This document shows, one piece after another, positions 14,292 through 24,538 of a stretch of DNA of 64,000 bases (within the stretch, counting starts at the first letter, position 1; every line of letters begins with the position of its first letter). Source of the DNA: Pavona decussata (taxonomy: Eukaryota); NCBI GenBank assembly GCA_977016875.1, contig CDRNST010000060.1, positions 2,666,001 to 2,730,000 of the forward strand. Reading direction: 5' to 3'. A program made the position numbers and the translations under genes. A model generated the notes under the pieces. It did not search any database, was not told the origin of the DNA, and saw only the letters and a list, made by a program, of their open reading frames with translations.

Positions 14292-14809
14292 TACCCCTGA
14301 TAACTAGCTTGGACTGTTCACCTTTACTCGGAAAGAAAGAGGTGTTTTGATTACCCAACGTAACTACTCGAACCAATCCAACACAATAGAACTCTCCCAA
14401 AAAAATTGGAGCGATCGAACCCAATCGAAGTTTGATTGAGTTCGATTAAGTTCGGTAGCCTAAGTTGGCATACATCCGATTAAAAATGATAACAGTAGTG
14501 GATCATAAAATGATGTTTCAGTAAAGCAACATCAATCTATGTTTGTTTCACCTAATTCTTTGTTGTTCTTGCATGATAAAAAAAGACTTTTCAAAACTCT
14601 TGTTTATTTCGACTGATGGTTTGCACTGTTCGATTAAGTTCAATTGGGTTTAATTGGGTTCTGAAATCGAATGCAATCGAACTCTCACACAATTTTTTTG
14701 GCTCCATTGTGTTTGATTGCTGAACTCAATCAAACCCAGTCGTTTGATTCGGTTTGATTGAGTTCGATTAAGTTCAATTACCGAACAGTTTGAGTAGTTT
14801 CATCGGGTG
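14292..14809. mobile_element. Degenerate TIR element rich in TTCGATT motifs
   Basis: TACCCCTGATAACTA / TAGTTTCATCGGGTG imperfect inverted ends; repeated GTTCGATT. A related fragment lies at ~52087-52146. Confidence 0.5.
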
Positions 14810-14835
14810 ATTGACACACCAGCAACCAATTCTAC

Positions 14836-17800
14836 CTGTCTGTCTTGATGTAATGTCGACAGTCCTCCCTCATTGATCAAATCTCTCCAAATTCTGCTCC
14901 ACACATCACAAGGTACAGACCAGTAGCAAATACCTACAGAAAGTAAACAGAAGAAAGATCATTATTTTTCTGTTATTAAGTTAACTTATGTGCAAGTCAA
15001 TCACAAGCCTGGTAAACTAGGGTTGCTCTTACTAGAAAGCACATGACTTGTATGAATAGAGTTTGCATGGCTCCAGCAACAAATGGGTTTGAATCACAAA
15101 ACTACCTCATTGTAACTTATTTTCACAGGACTGAATTGTTGCAATTTATGCAATGTTTTGGAAATTATTAAACTATGTTGTAAAGACCTGCAAAAAAAGT
15201 TATTGCAAACATATTTATGACTTGAAATTTAATTCCCTGCTACATGTATGAAATCCTTTAAGTAAATGGAAGTGAGATGGTGCAGTGTAATGTAAGATAG
15301 CGTTGTAGTGCTTTGTACATAATGCAAGTATTGTAAGTAGTGTAATTGTTAGTACTGCAAGTACAGTAAGCATTTATTGTAAACATTGTAAGAACTGTGT
15401 AATTTATCGCATGTAGTGTAAGCTGTGTTCACTATTAATAATTGTATTCTGTGTGTCACGTAAAGCTAATAAAAAAAAAATAGGCATACTCGGAAAAAGG
15501 AAATCTGAGTGCTCCTATCAGGAGTCGAACCTAAGACCTTCCGATTACTAGTTCGGATGCTCTACCACTAAGCTACAGGAGACTCATGGGAGCTAAGGCC
15601 TTTAAACTAGGTTCATGGGACACACATCCTGCATACTGCGAGGATTCAAATATCAATATGTGCCATATGTGCAATGAAATACATGTAAATTAATGTGATG
15701 GAATATTTTAAGCCTGGTGAAGAAATGATAATGATGTATTATTCAGTGAATGACAGGCATACTCGGAAAAAGGAAATCTGAGTGCTCCTATCAGGAGTTG
15801 AACCTAAGACCTTCCGATTACTAGTTCGGATGCTCTACCACTGAGCTACAGGAGACTCATGGGAGCTAAGGCCATTAAACTAGGTTCATGTGACAAACAT
15901 CCTGCATACTGCTAGGATTGGAATGTCAATGTGTGAAGTAGTAAGCAGAATGTTTGTCCCATGAACCTAGTTTAGTGGCCTTAGCTCCCACGAGTCTCCT
16001 GTAGCTCAGTGTTATAGCATCCAAACTAGTAATCAGAAGGTTCGACTCCTGATAGGAGCACTCGGATTTCCTTTTAAACAAGTATGCCTGTGTCATTCAC
16101 TGAATAATACATCATTCTCATTTATTCACCAGGCTTAAAATATTCCTGGACCATCACATTTATTTCAATGATCAATCATGTTCACGATTATGCTGTCAAT
16201 TTATTTAATAAGATTTTATTGCCTACTATAGCCAACTTCTCATGTTATAACAACCTTCATGGCTTGTGAGTTTTGTTTTGTTCAAAGCTTACAGCAACAA
16301 AAAAAGCAACCAATAGTTATTAGTTTGTTCGGAAATAAATTATTGGCAAGTCATCAATTAAACATAACAACATCGCCTCCAAATATTTGGTGATATACGG
16401 TACTCATGGTGAATATCTGTGGTGTTTCCATATGACTTTGTATAAATTATGCAATCGTATGAGGCCAATTAGAACTAAGGATTAATTTTTGCGCAATTTT
16501 CAAAGTTTTCGCAAATTGCCTGAGTCGCACAGTGATAAGGGCAATTTGCAAAAACTTTGTGAAAATTAATCTTTAATTCTATGAGGACTCGAGGACTCAT
16601 TGCAATTACGTTTTTATAACATAGAGGGCAAAATTTTCTTAAAACTAACAGTCACACCCTTCCCAGAGTAAAAACACTCATCCATAAGCAAAACAAACAG
16701 TCAAACAATTCACCCGTTTCTTAGCATACAAAACAGACAAAACGAGAAAAGTCGATTGTTATATACAAGTAATTAAGAGAACATACAAGTTTAATTCATG
16801 AGCAAACTAACAACAACTAAACCAAATGTTAGGCATCAATAATTTATTGATTCACCTGCACTGTGAAGCTTTCTACCACTTGAAAATCACACAAACACAG
16901 ATGGATAAAAATAGCAAACTGTGGGTTCAAAGGAGGAACTTTCAGAGTAATTTCTTCCACTGAATTTAACCTGCTCCTTCCTCCCATCAAAAGGGAACTG
17001 TTATTATTGTTTGGTTATCGTTTGTTGGAAAAAGCCATAGCGAGGTGAAAGTACTTGGTCGCAGCCATGAATGATTTCAGTTTTTCAACGAAACAAATCC
17101 GATCAAGTTTTTAGCTTTTGTCCCAAATAATCTTTTGCTGTTTCTTGTAAGAAACAAAAGTTCCCCTTTAGGAATTTCCTTTCTAGCTGTGGCACCTGAT
17201 TTCCAAGTATTTTTGGCACAAACAATCCTGTTTAAATAGTCAAACTCCAAAAAAACTGAAAGAAGTTGTTGTTGTTGTGATTGATCGACTGCACAAAATG
17301 AAGAAACTGACTAAATGTTGAAATGGCATACGAAGCCAATAAGGAGCAAGTATTTCTGCTGCTTGACCAATCAGGAGCAAGTAATTTTGCCCTCGGTGAA
17401 AGGAAAATTAAGAAAATATGCCCTCCGTTTCAACCAATCAGCATCCAGTAATTTTGCCCTAATGTTATAAAGGTCAGAAAATGCTGAAGTATGCATTATG
17501 CAGTTCCATACAAAAATCCATACCCACCCCATGGAAGGTCATTTGAAATTCGTTGGAGAAGGGGGTCTTAAAAGTAAAAAATTTTAGAAGCAAACTATGG
17601 AGCTAAACTGGAATTTCCTGGGGGAAGGGGGGTGCAAAACAAAAAACCTTCCATGTGGGGAGTATGGATATTTCCTGGAACTGTACTTTGTAGTTTCAAT
17701 GCCAGGTCATTGAGATTAAAATAATGTTTCTATTTATACACATCAGATGATTACAATATTATGACTAGCATAGCTGAATGGCGGAAGCGGGGGGGGGGGG

Positions 17801-18012
17801 GGGTTAATAAATATCTAAGGGGTGTAGAGCAGGGCAAAGAAGCAGGTTTAAAAAGCCTGTACGAATATCTTGTTAGCTTATCAAATGAGCAAGGGAAAAA
17901 TGGGCCATGTTAATTTTGCCCCCGTTTAAGCGAAGATTAAGCGTAATAGTGAAATTAATGCTTCATGGATTAAAGACTAACCTTCGAGAGTCAGTAAGCT
18001 CTGCTCCGCCAT
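14836..18012 (-). CDS. Possible first two coding exons of an unidentified gene
   Basis: Exon 18012-17982 (ATGGCG..., GTTAGT donor) joins in phase 1 to an exon starting at 14933 (strong pyrimidine tract + TAG), giving MAEQSLLTLEGICYWSVPCDVWSRIWRDLINEGGLSTLHQDRQ. The other two frames of exon 2 are closed. No downstream exon found. Confidence 0.3.
15482..16165. repeat. Three tRNA-derived (Thr-AGT-like) repeat units: two tandem on -, one inverted on +
   Basis: Minus strand reads GTAGCTCAGTGGTAGAGCATCCGAACTAGTAATCGGAAGGTCTTAGGTTCRACTCC (A box, anticodon-like stem, B box). Units start at 15483 and 15756 (273-bp period); the inverted copy is ~15945-16165. Confidence 0.8.
17498..17686. mobile_element. 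MITE
   Basis: CAGTTCCA..AATCCATACCCACCCCATGGAAGG versus CCTTCCATGTGGGGAGTATGGATATTTCCTGGAACTG inverted arms. Confidence 0.7.
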
Positions 18013-18551
18013 GACAGTTCATTTACTTCCCACCGGTCGTCCGGTGAAAATAAAGCGACCAACGGACAAAACGACGCTCTCTCTTACATCCATCTTAATA
18101 ATATGATGTTGAGAAATTTTCAGGAGAGTGTTGAACATCAAAGGTGTGTTCCTGGAGAACAACTTTTAAAAATAAAGGCCGCTTTCAAAACCTTCCGCCA
18201 TTCTTCCTTCTTGGTCCCAGGGTCCCCTCAGCCGTTTTCATATGGTCACCTTTCATGATATGAGTTTTGGCTTGAAACCTGGCTTGAAACCGCATTCCTT
18301 TTGAAACGTATTTGCCGCTTCGCTTTTTTTATAAACCTCATCACCAGGGCAAGGTCGCCGCCTTCGAGATGGTGTGAACTTTCATATGTCAATGTTAAGA
18401 TTAGTATGCGTATGTTAAGATTTGCATATGTCTGCAACAAGATTTAAATACACATATCAAGATTCGCACGCGAGTACATCAAGTCTAATAAATATTCATC
18501 AAGTTTCGAATATAGACACCAAACTTGGCATATTCCCAAGTACACAGTAAG

Positions 18552-19619
18552 CAGGGCTGTCAACTCTCCCGGATAATCCGGGAGTCTCCAGATTTTGAAC
18601 TGTATCTCCCGGTCTCCATATTTATGCTTGTAATCTCCAGATTTTGAGCCGTATCTTCTGCTCCCCAGATTTATGTCTGTAATCTCCCGGATAATTGACG
18701 AAATTTGCGATTTGCCGTAGACTCGACATTCTGACAAGAAAATCTGAAATGTTAAGCGTTGTTTCTGGTGCTGTTTAATTTCCTCCCTTCGCCGCCCCCC
18801 CCCCCCCCCCCCCCTCCCCACACTGAACGGGTGTCTAGAAAACTCAGACCTAGAAAACTCAGACCTCAGACCTCAGACCTAGAAAACTCAGACCCCCCAA
18901 TTCTGGAAAACTCAGACCTAGAAAACTCAGACCCCCCAATTCTGGAAAACTCAGACCCCCTTCAAAACTCAGAAAAATAAATAAACGTGAAGAGAGAATA
19001 AAGCAAAAACAGAAACATGAAACCACCAAACCGCGCCAAAATATCATGTGCTGTTCATGTCGCGTGACCGTCACACAACGCCGCTCAAGCCACAGCCGAC
19101 ATGACAGTGTAAAATGATTTTTTAACACAATATGTCGATTACAAACACTTAACATCGATTTTTTTGTTAGCACCAAACTGACACAATTTTAGTCCTTGAG
19201 ATATTTAGGGGTATCATGATTTGGATTTTGCTCTATTCTCTCTTCGAATAAAAAGCCAATTTCGTGTCAGAGACGACAGGAACGGAGTGTTGTTATCTTT
19301 CCCGTTATCTTGCAATAATAAAAGGCAGACACTGTATAGCGTACAGTATAAAAAAATGAATTCCATTTTCCAACCACGTTTATTTCTTTTTCCGAGTTTT
19401 GTTGTTTGAAGGGGGTCTGAGTTTTCTAGGTCTGAGTTTTCCAGAATTGGGGGGTCTGAGTTTTCTAGGTCTGAGGTCTGAGGTCTGAGTTTTCTAGACA
19501 CCCCACACTGAACCCGTGAATTAGGCCTTGATTCGACGCCTCTGTAAGGTGCTTCGTTATTTCTGGCCGGGGAGGTCATATTCTCCATATTTGAAGACGT
19601 GTGAGGTCAGACAGCCCTG
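18552..19619. mobile_element. Non-autonomous TIR element with 6-bp TSD (hAT6-like)
   Basis: TIR CAGGGCTGTC / GACAGCCCTG; AGTAAG at 18546-18551 and 19620-19625. Confidence 0.85.
18829..19503. mobile_element. Nested Mutator-like MITE with long repetitive TIRs
   Basis: GGGTGTCTAGAAAACTCAGACC... / ...GGTCTGAGTTTTCTAGACACCC; CACACTGAAC duplicated at 18819-18828 and 19504-19513 (9-10-bp TSD). Confidence 0.85.
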
Positions 19620-19775
19620 AGTAAGGGACCAATTTTTTAAACCGAAAATTGCAGATAAATGACACACGTCAAGATTCGTCATATATGAGGAATATATCAA
19701 ATTTTGTCCACAAGTGCTGCACTGAGTCACGCAACTTCAGTATTCATGTGGCAATAGCTTGTCCCAGAGGAGAAA

Positions 19776-21365
19776 ATGCATCTTGTGCTGGTACACGGCT
19801 ATCCGCTCGGCGGAACTGGATCCAGTGTCTACACAGCGAACATTGCTAAATCATGGAAGAATCAGGGCCATGCGGTCACTGTAATTTGCCAGGATCCGTT
19901 CGCCGATCGCCTTGATTTCGTCGATGAATTTATCGTCGGAACCGACAAGATTCCCTCCTCAGCCCCTAAAGCCGGAACTTTACGAGTTGTGGTACCAGAC
20001 ATTAATGGCCTTCTACTGGTGTATTGGTACGATCTATGCGAAGGATATGAAGTTAAAACCATGGTGAACTGCTCTTTGGAGGAGATTGAAGCAAATATAG
20101 AAGGAACAGTGGCAGGATTGAAGAAAGTTATTGCTCAAGGCGTCGATCGAATCCTTGCGAATCACGCAATCCTGAGCCCCGTGATTACTAAACGCGCCAC
20201 AGAAGGGACCGGGGTTCCATACGACGTCAAAATACACGGCAGCTCCATCATTTTCTCGATCAAAAACCGCCAGGAGTTAAGGCGGTACGCGGTGGAGGGT
20301 ATCAAGAACTGCCAGAAGCTCATCGTGGGAGCAAAGTACATGGCTGGTTTCGTGGAAGAGACGTTCGAATTGGAGAAGGAAGATATAGGTCTAGTGAGTA
20401 AGACTGTGATTATCCCCCCGGGAATGGACCCGGAAGTGTTTCAATTCGGGGGCTTTGTAAAAGACCAACAAGAAGCCTTCTTAAAAAGCGTGACGGATTT
20501 CATCAAGAGAAAGCCTGACGGGAGACGAGCGGACAAGATTTCGCTTCCCGATAACAACAACCACAACTCAAGCGACTTGAACAAAGCACTGGAACGTGTC
20601 GTGGAGTCGTACGACCTCCGAGCGGCCGATTCTGACCTCTTCGAGCGCTGGATTCCATTTGAGGAAGATGAACCCATCATTTGCTATTTTGGCAAGTTCC
20701 AAGAAACCAAAGGCGTGGGAGAGATTCTAATGGCTTTTCCAGCCATCCTGAAGAAGATTCCCAAAGCAAGACTGCTGCTCATAGGGTATGGAAGCCGCCG
20801 TGAGCACTTAGAAGGCATGCTGGCAGCCATGGTTCAGGGAAGGTTTGAAGCTTTCAAAGCCTATGCGGGGGCGGGAAATTTCGTGGACATCCCACCGGCT
20901 GCAGAGAATTTTTTTCACCAGATTTCTCCGGGCAGAGTTACAAGGACGGGTTTTCTGGAGCATGCTCAGTTGAAGGAGATTCTTCCTTTATGCAGCCTGA
21001 CCATTACAGCAAGCAAAGCCCTGGAAGCCTTTGGCATGGTGTCAGTGGAGGCCATGTCTGCTGGAGTCTTGCCGCTGTGTCACGACCACACAGGAATCTC
21101 CGATGTTATTCGAGCCGTAAAAGAGGTGGACCCGGAGCTGGCTGATATTATGCGCTTGGAGATACGTCCCGGTGGCTTACACGACGTCGCAGATGGTGCG
21201 TTCCTCGTGGAAAACCTACCGAATAAAGTGGAGCGCGCTCTTCATTTCCTGTACCCGAATGGCTTTGCTGACCACAGTAAGAGGCGTGCACTGTCGGCCA
21301 AGCTCAGGGATATTGCCGTGGCCAAGTTCTCCTGGGATATTATTTGCAAGAAGATTTTAGAATAA
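19776..21365 (+). CDS. Glycosyltransferase family 4 (GT-B fold), intronless, bacterial-like
   Basis: 529-aa ORF. N-terminal HGYPLGGTGSSVY...GHAVTVIC, KIHGS, IIPPGMD, YFGKFQETKG, the E-x7-E motif EAFGMVSVE and a C-terminal FSW are all GT4 hallmarks. Confidence 0.92.
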   Translation: MHLVLVHGYPLGGTGSSVYTANIAKSWKNQGHAVTVICQDPFADRLDFVDEFIVGTDKIPSSAPKAGTLRVVVPDINGLLLVYWYDLCEGYEVKTMVNCSLEEIEANIEGTVAGLKKVIAQGVDRILANHAILSPVITKRATEGTGVPYDVKIHGSSIIFSIKNRQELRRYAVEGIKNCQKLIVGAKYMAGFVEETFELEKEDIGLVSKTVIIPPGMDPEVFQFGGFVKDQQEAFLKSVTDFIKRKPDGRRADKISLPDNNNHNSSDLNKALERVVESYDLRAADSDLFERWIPFEEDEPIICYFGKFQETKGVGEILMAFPAILKKIPKARLLLIGYGSRREHLEGMLAAMVQGRFEAFKAYAGAGNFVDIPPAAENFFHQISPGRVTRTGFLEHAQLKEILPLCSLTITASKALEAFGMVSVEAMSAGVLPLCHDHTGISDVIRAVKEVDPELADIMRLEIRPGGLHDVADGAFLVENLPNKVERALHFLYPNGFADHSKRRALSAKLRDIAVAKFSWDIICKKILE

Positions 21366-21834
21366 TGAATGGAAATGATACTTAAATTCTTTCAAATAAT
21401 CGTGAACTTAACTTGAGAACAGATAAGATTTTTCGAGATAGACTTTTGTCAGTAGAGTCTCTTGGTAGAGTTTTGTCTTGTTACAAATTCGACACAGTGA
21501 TACACAGTAAAACGTGCTTGCAGAAGAAAACCAGTAGGGGAGCAGTTCCCATAAAACCGTTATCAATCGATTATCGAAAAACGAAGGCAAACTAATTCCC
21601 CTGGTTAATCACGAGAAACACAAACAGCGCAATGAACCAATCAGAATTCGAAGCAAATAACGGTGCGGAGTGTGGTTACTTTTCTTCAGATGGTGGGTCA
21701 CGTGATCGGTGCGAACATTGAGTATGTCGATCGCGCGGTTCTCGATTCTCACATCACGTGACACCATGTTTAAAAATTAGTAATAATCAAGGATTAGAGA
21801 GTACGTTCGATGTCACCAGGCTCTCTCTCCAGTG

Positions 21835-22107
21835 AAATATAGTCCTTTGAGATGGGAGATGGCTCAGCAGTATCCCGGATACACCGTCAGACAACATAAC
21901 ATCATTATTGATGTCCTGGGCGGATGGTCAAGAGATGTGGATGCATCTATGAGGGAGCTTTTCGGAGGTCGAGGAGAAAATATCCTAAGGAAAATGCAGG
22001 AAGCTGTCCTCTCGAACTCATTGAACATATCAAGAACTTTTAAAATTATGACTAGATAGTTAAGGAACTCACTTTCATGATTTTTAGGGGTTACTAGTCG
22101 CTTAGTT

Positions 22108-22150
<43 letters not shown>
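21835..22150 (+). mobile_element. 5'-truncated RLE-type non-LTR retrotransposon 3' end with (TTTA)n tail
   Basis: KYSPLRWEM...IIIDVLGGWS resembles the end of the restriction-like endonuclease domain. A (TTTA)n tract follows, and the 3' UTR is partly repeated at ~22205-22360. Confidence 0.7.
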
Positions 22151-22644
22151 GTTGTAATTACATATCTTTTACAAAGTCTACAGAGATTCTGTATTCGTAC
22201 ACATATCAAGAACATATCATGGACTTTTGAAATGATGACTACATTTTTAAGGAACTCAGATTCATGATTTTTAGAGATTATTAGTCACTAAGTTTTATTT
22301 ATTTATTTAGCTTTTATTATATATTTTGTACAAAGTCTAGAGAGATTCGCTATTCCTACACGTAGTTTGGGCCACGTTTAACGCCCTAGTCTATATATAA
22401 TCTTATGGCATACGTAAGGTTTTACAACTCATGATAATAATAAGAATTCGTGGTACCCTAGGTTTCACTTCTAATTCTAATAGAACGAGAAAGTAGTGAG
22501 CGTTGTTTCAACCAATCACAGAACGTATTAAAACGAAGTCAAAGTAAACGACTCAAATTTCTGCAAGGCTGATCGAACTGCGTAGAAAACTTAACACGAC
22601 AGCGACCTGATAGAGACCAAACCGAGAATCAACAGAATGCGGCA

Positions 22645-22689
22645 ACCGTGGACAGCTGTTTCGAGCCAGTTGGCTCTCATCAGCACGGT
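22645..22689 (-). ncRNA. Type I hammerhead ribozyme (retrozyme/Penelope-type)
   Basis: Minus strand ACCGTG-CTGATGA-GAGCC-AACT-GGCTC-GAAA-CAGCTG-TC-CACGGT: intact core, stems I and II, short palindromic stem III, GUC cleavage triplet. Confidence 0.88.
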
Positions 22690-23002
22690 GTAGCACAGCA
22701 AAAGGTAGAACAACCAACGCGAGTCGAGTTTTCTACCAAATGCACGTGGAGTGATTTCGGATGGGCCCAAATTCAGATCAGACATCCGTCCACGTCATAG
22801 CGCGTGACTGCGAATAATGAACAAAAGAACTGAAATCTCTCTCTCTCTATATATATATATATATCAAGATTCGCATATAAGTCGAGACTATGATAGGCTT
22901 GTATGAAGTACCAAGTGATATATGTTAACACCGCTGGATGTTAACACCGCCGAATTTTTTATTTCGTCAATGCATGTGCGCCGAAGTGATGTCTTCACAT
23001 CT

Positions 23003-24022
23003 AAACCTCCAATCCCCACGCTGTTCTTGGAAAAAGCGCTAGGCCTAATACTGCAAGAAAACTCATTCCAGTTCTGTGGTAAAAATTACCTACAAACACA
23101 CGGAACTGCCATGGGAACAAAAATGACAGTCGCCTTCGCCAATATTTTTAAGGCCGGGGCAAAGTTGAAACAGAACTCGTTAGCCGAAGCACATTCAAAC
23201 CGCTCGTTTGGAAACGATATATCGACGATATCTTCTCCCTCTGGGATATCAGCAGAGAGGAGTTAAAACAGTTCATTGAACAAGGCAATAATCACCACCC
23301 ACCATCAAATTCACGGCTGAAATTTCTGAAACAAAAACTACATTCCTGGACACTGTGGTTTATAAAGGCAACAGATTCGTTACCGAATCAGTGCTCGATA
23401 TACGCACCCCCTACAAAGCTACTGAGACATTCCAGTACACACATTTCTCCTCGTGTCACCCACCAGGAGTAAAAAGAGGTTTCATCCCGGGGGGGGGGGG
23501 GGGGGTGTACTCCCTTATGTGACCTTAACGTGGACGTGCAGCCCGATAAGGTATGGTTTTCAGGGTGTTTAGTCTTGAAAGGGGTATCTTTTTCATCACT
23601 TTCTTTCTTAAACAGGATCTCGCTACAGGATAAGCTTAGATGTCTGTTTATTGGTCGTTTGAAGAACGAAGCATATTTCATGATTCCATGATGTTGTAAG
23701 TAGATTGTGGGGCCAATGCATTAGAATTCAGTAAGAAGCTAGTGTATTCTTATTTCATTCTAGTCTTAAACAGGGTATGATTTTGGGTTAAATGTCTTAG
23801 ATAGGGTCTGAAAATTTTGAATTCTGTCTTAAACGGGATAGGGAAATCAGAGAATTGTGTCTTAAACAGGGTCAGGGTTTGAACCCTGCGGGCCGCACCT
23901 CCTTACCCAAGCATCTGTTGAGTACCCCCCACCCCCCCCCCCCCCGCCGGGGGGGGGTCATCAAAGGAGAGGCCCTCAGACTTCTCCGGACAAACTCAAC
24001 AAAAGCAACATTTGAAAAAAAA
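23003..24022 (+). mobile_element. Degenerate Penelope-like reverse transcriptase fragment, interrupted by a MITE
   Basis: Motifs NSFQF..YLQTHGTAMG, WKRYIDDIF, IKFT..FLD, HPPGVKRGF|IKGEALRLLRTNS read across frameshifts. Confidence 0.85.
23486..23957. mobile_element. CCCGGG(G)n-TACTC MITE inserted in the Penelope RT
   Basis: Inverted poly-G/poly-C ends; TCAT at 23482-23485 and 23958-23961. Removing the element restores GGTTTCATCAAAGG (GFIKG). Confidence 0.8.
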
Positions 24023-24330
24023 AATCAAACGACGAGGCCGTAGGCCGAGTTGGCTAAAATCAGGGGATATTCCACAAGATTCAGCAGGGTAATTGTTTTA
24101 TTGTTCAACACGTTGATAACAAAACACAGTATTATTGCAGAAAAAGTAGAGGTTATCTTTATTTTCCCATTTTTCTCCCTGATACATGCCAGCCTGAAAA
24201 AGGTACTCCTTTCGGGCTACCACTTAGATCGGTCCTGTAGCATTCTTATCACCTTCTTTGGCTAATGAAAATATTATTTGTACCGTGTATAAATAAAGTT
24301 ATTCTATCCGATCCGATCCTATCCTATCCA

Positions 24331-24512
24331 ATCCAGCGAATCAAGGTATTCTTCTGTACTCTTTACGAGTTGGACACAAGCAAATTGTTGTAGTCAGTAT
24401 CCCAACAGACAGACCGAACAACACAATCGGCCATAACCGACGCAGTGTAACACTACAGTCTTATTATGTTCTTTGCTGTGATCACTGCTCCAACGCCACC
24501 GCATCCGGGTCG
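24331..24512 (-). pseudogene. Degenerate tandem duplicate of the 3' part of the last exon of KCNMB-like gene B
   Basis: Aligns with ~24529-24703 with substitutions and indels; bounded by (TATCC)n tracts. Confidence 0.85.
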
Positions 24513-24538
24513 TATCCTATCCTGTCCTATCCAGCGAA

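Noticed and set aside
15512-15856. Functional tRNA-Thr genes
   Set aside because: Irregular anticodon loop, shared long non-tRNA flanks and a deleted third copy indicate a tRNA-derived repeat.
18444-19588. ORFs with LENSDPP repeats and poly-Pro/Gly
   Set aside because: Translations of MITE terminal repeats and a poly-C tract.
19766-19775. GAGGAG just upstream of the GT4 ATG as a relic Shine-Dalgarno
   Set aside because: Spacing is only 3 nt and AAAATG is an ordinary animal start context, so a chance match is likely.
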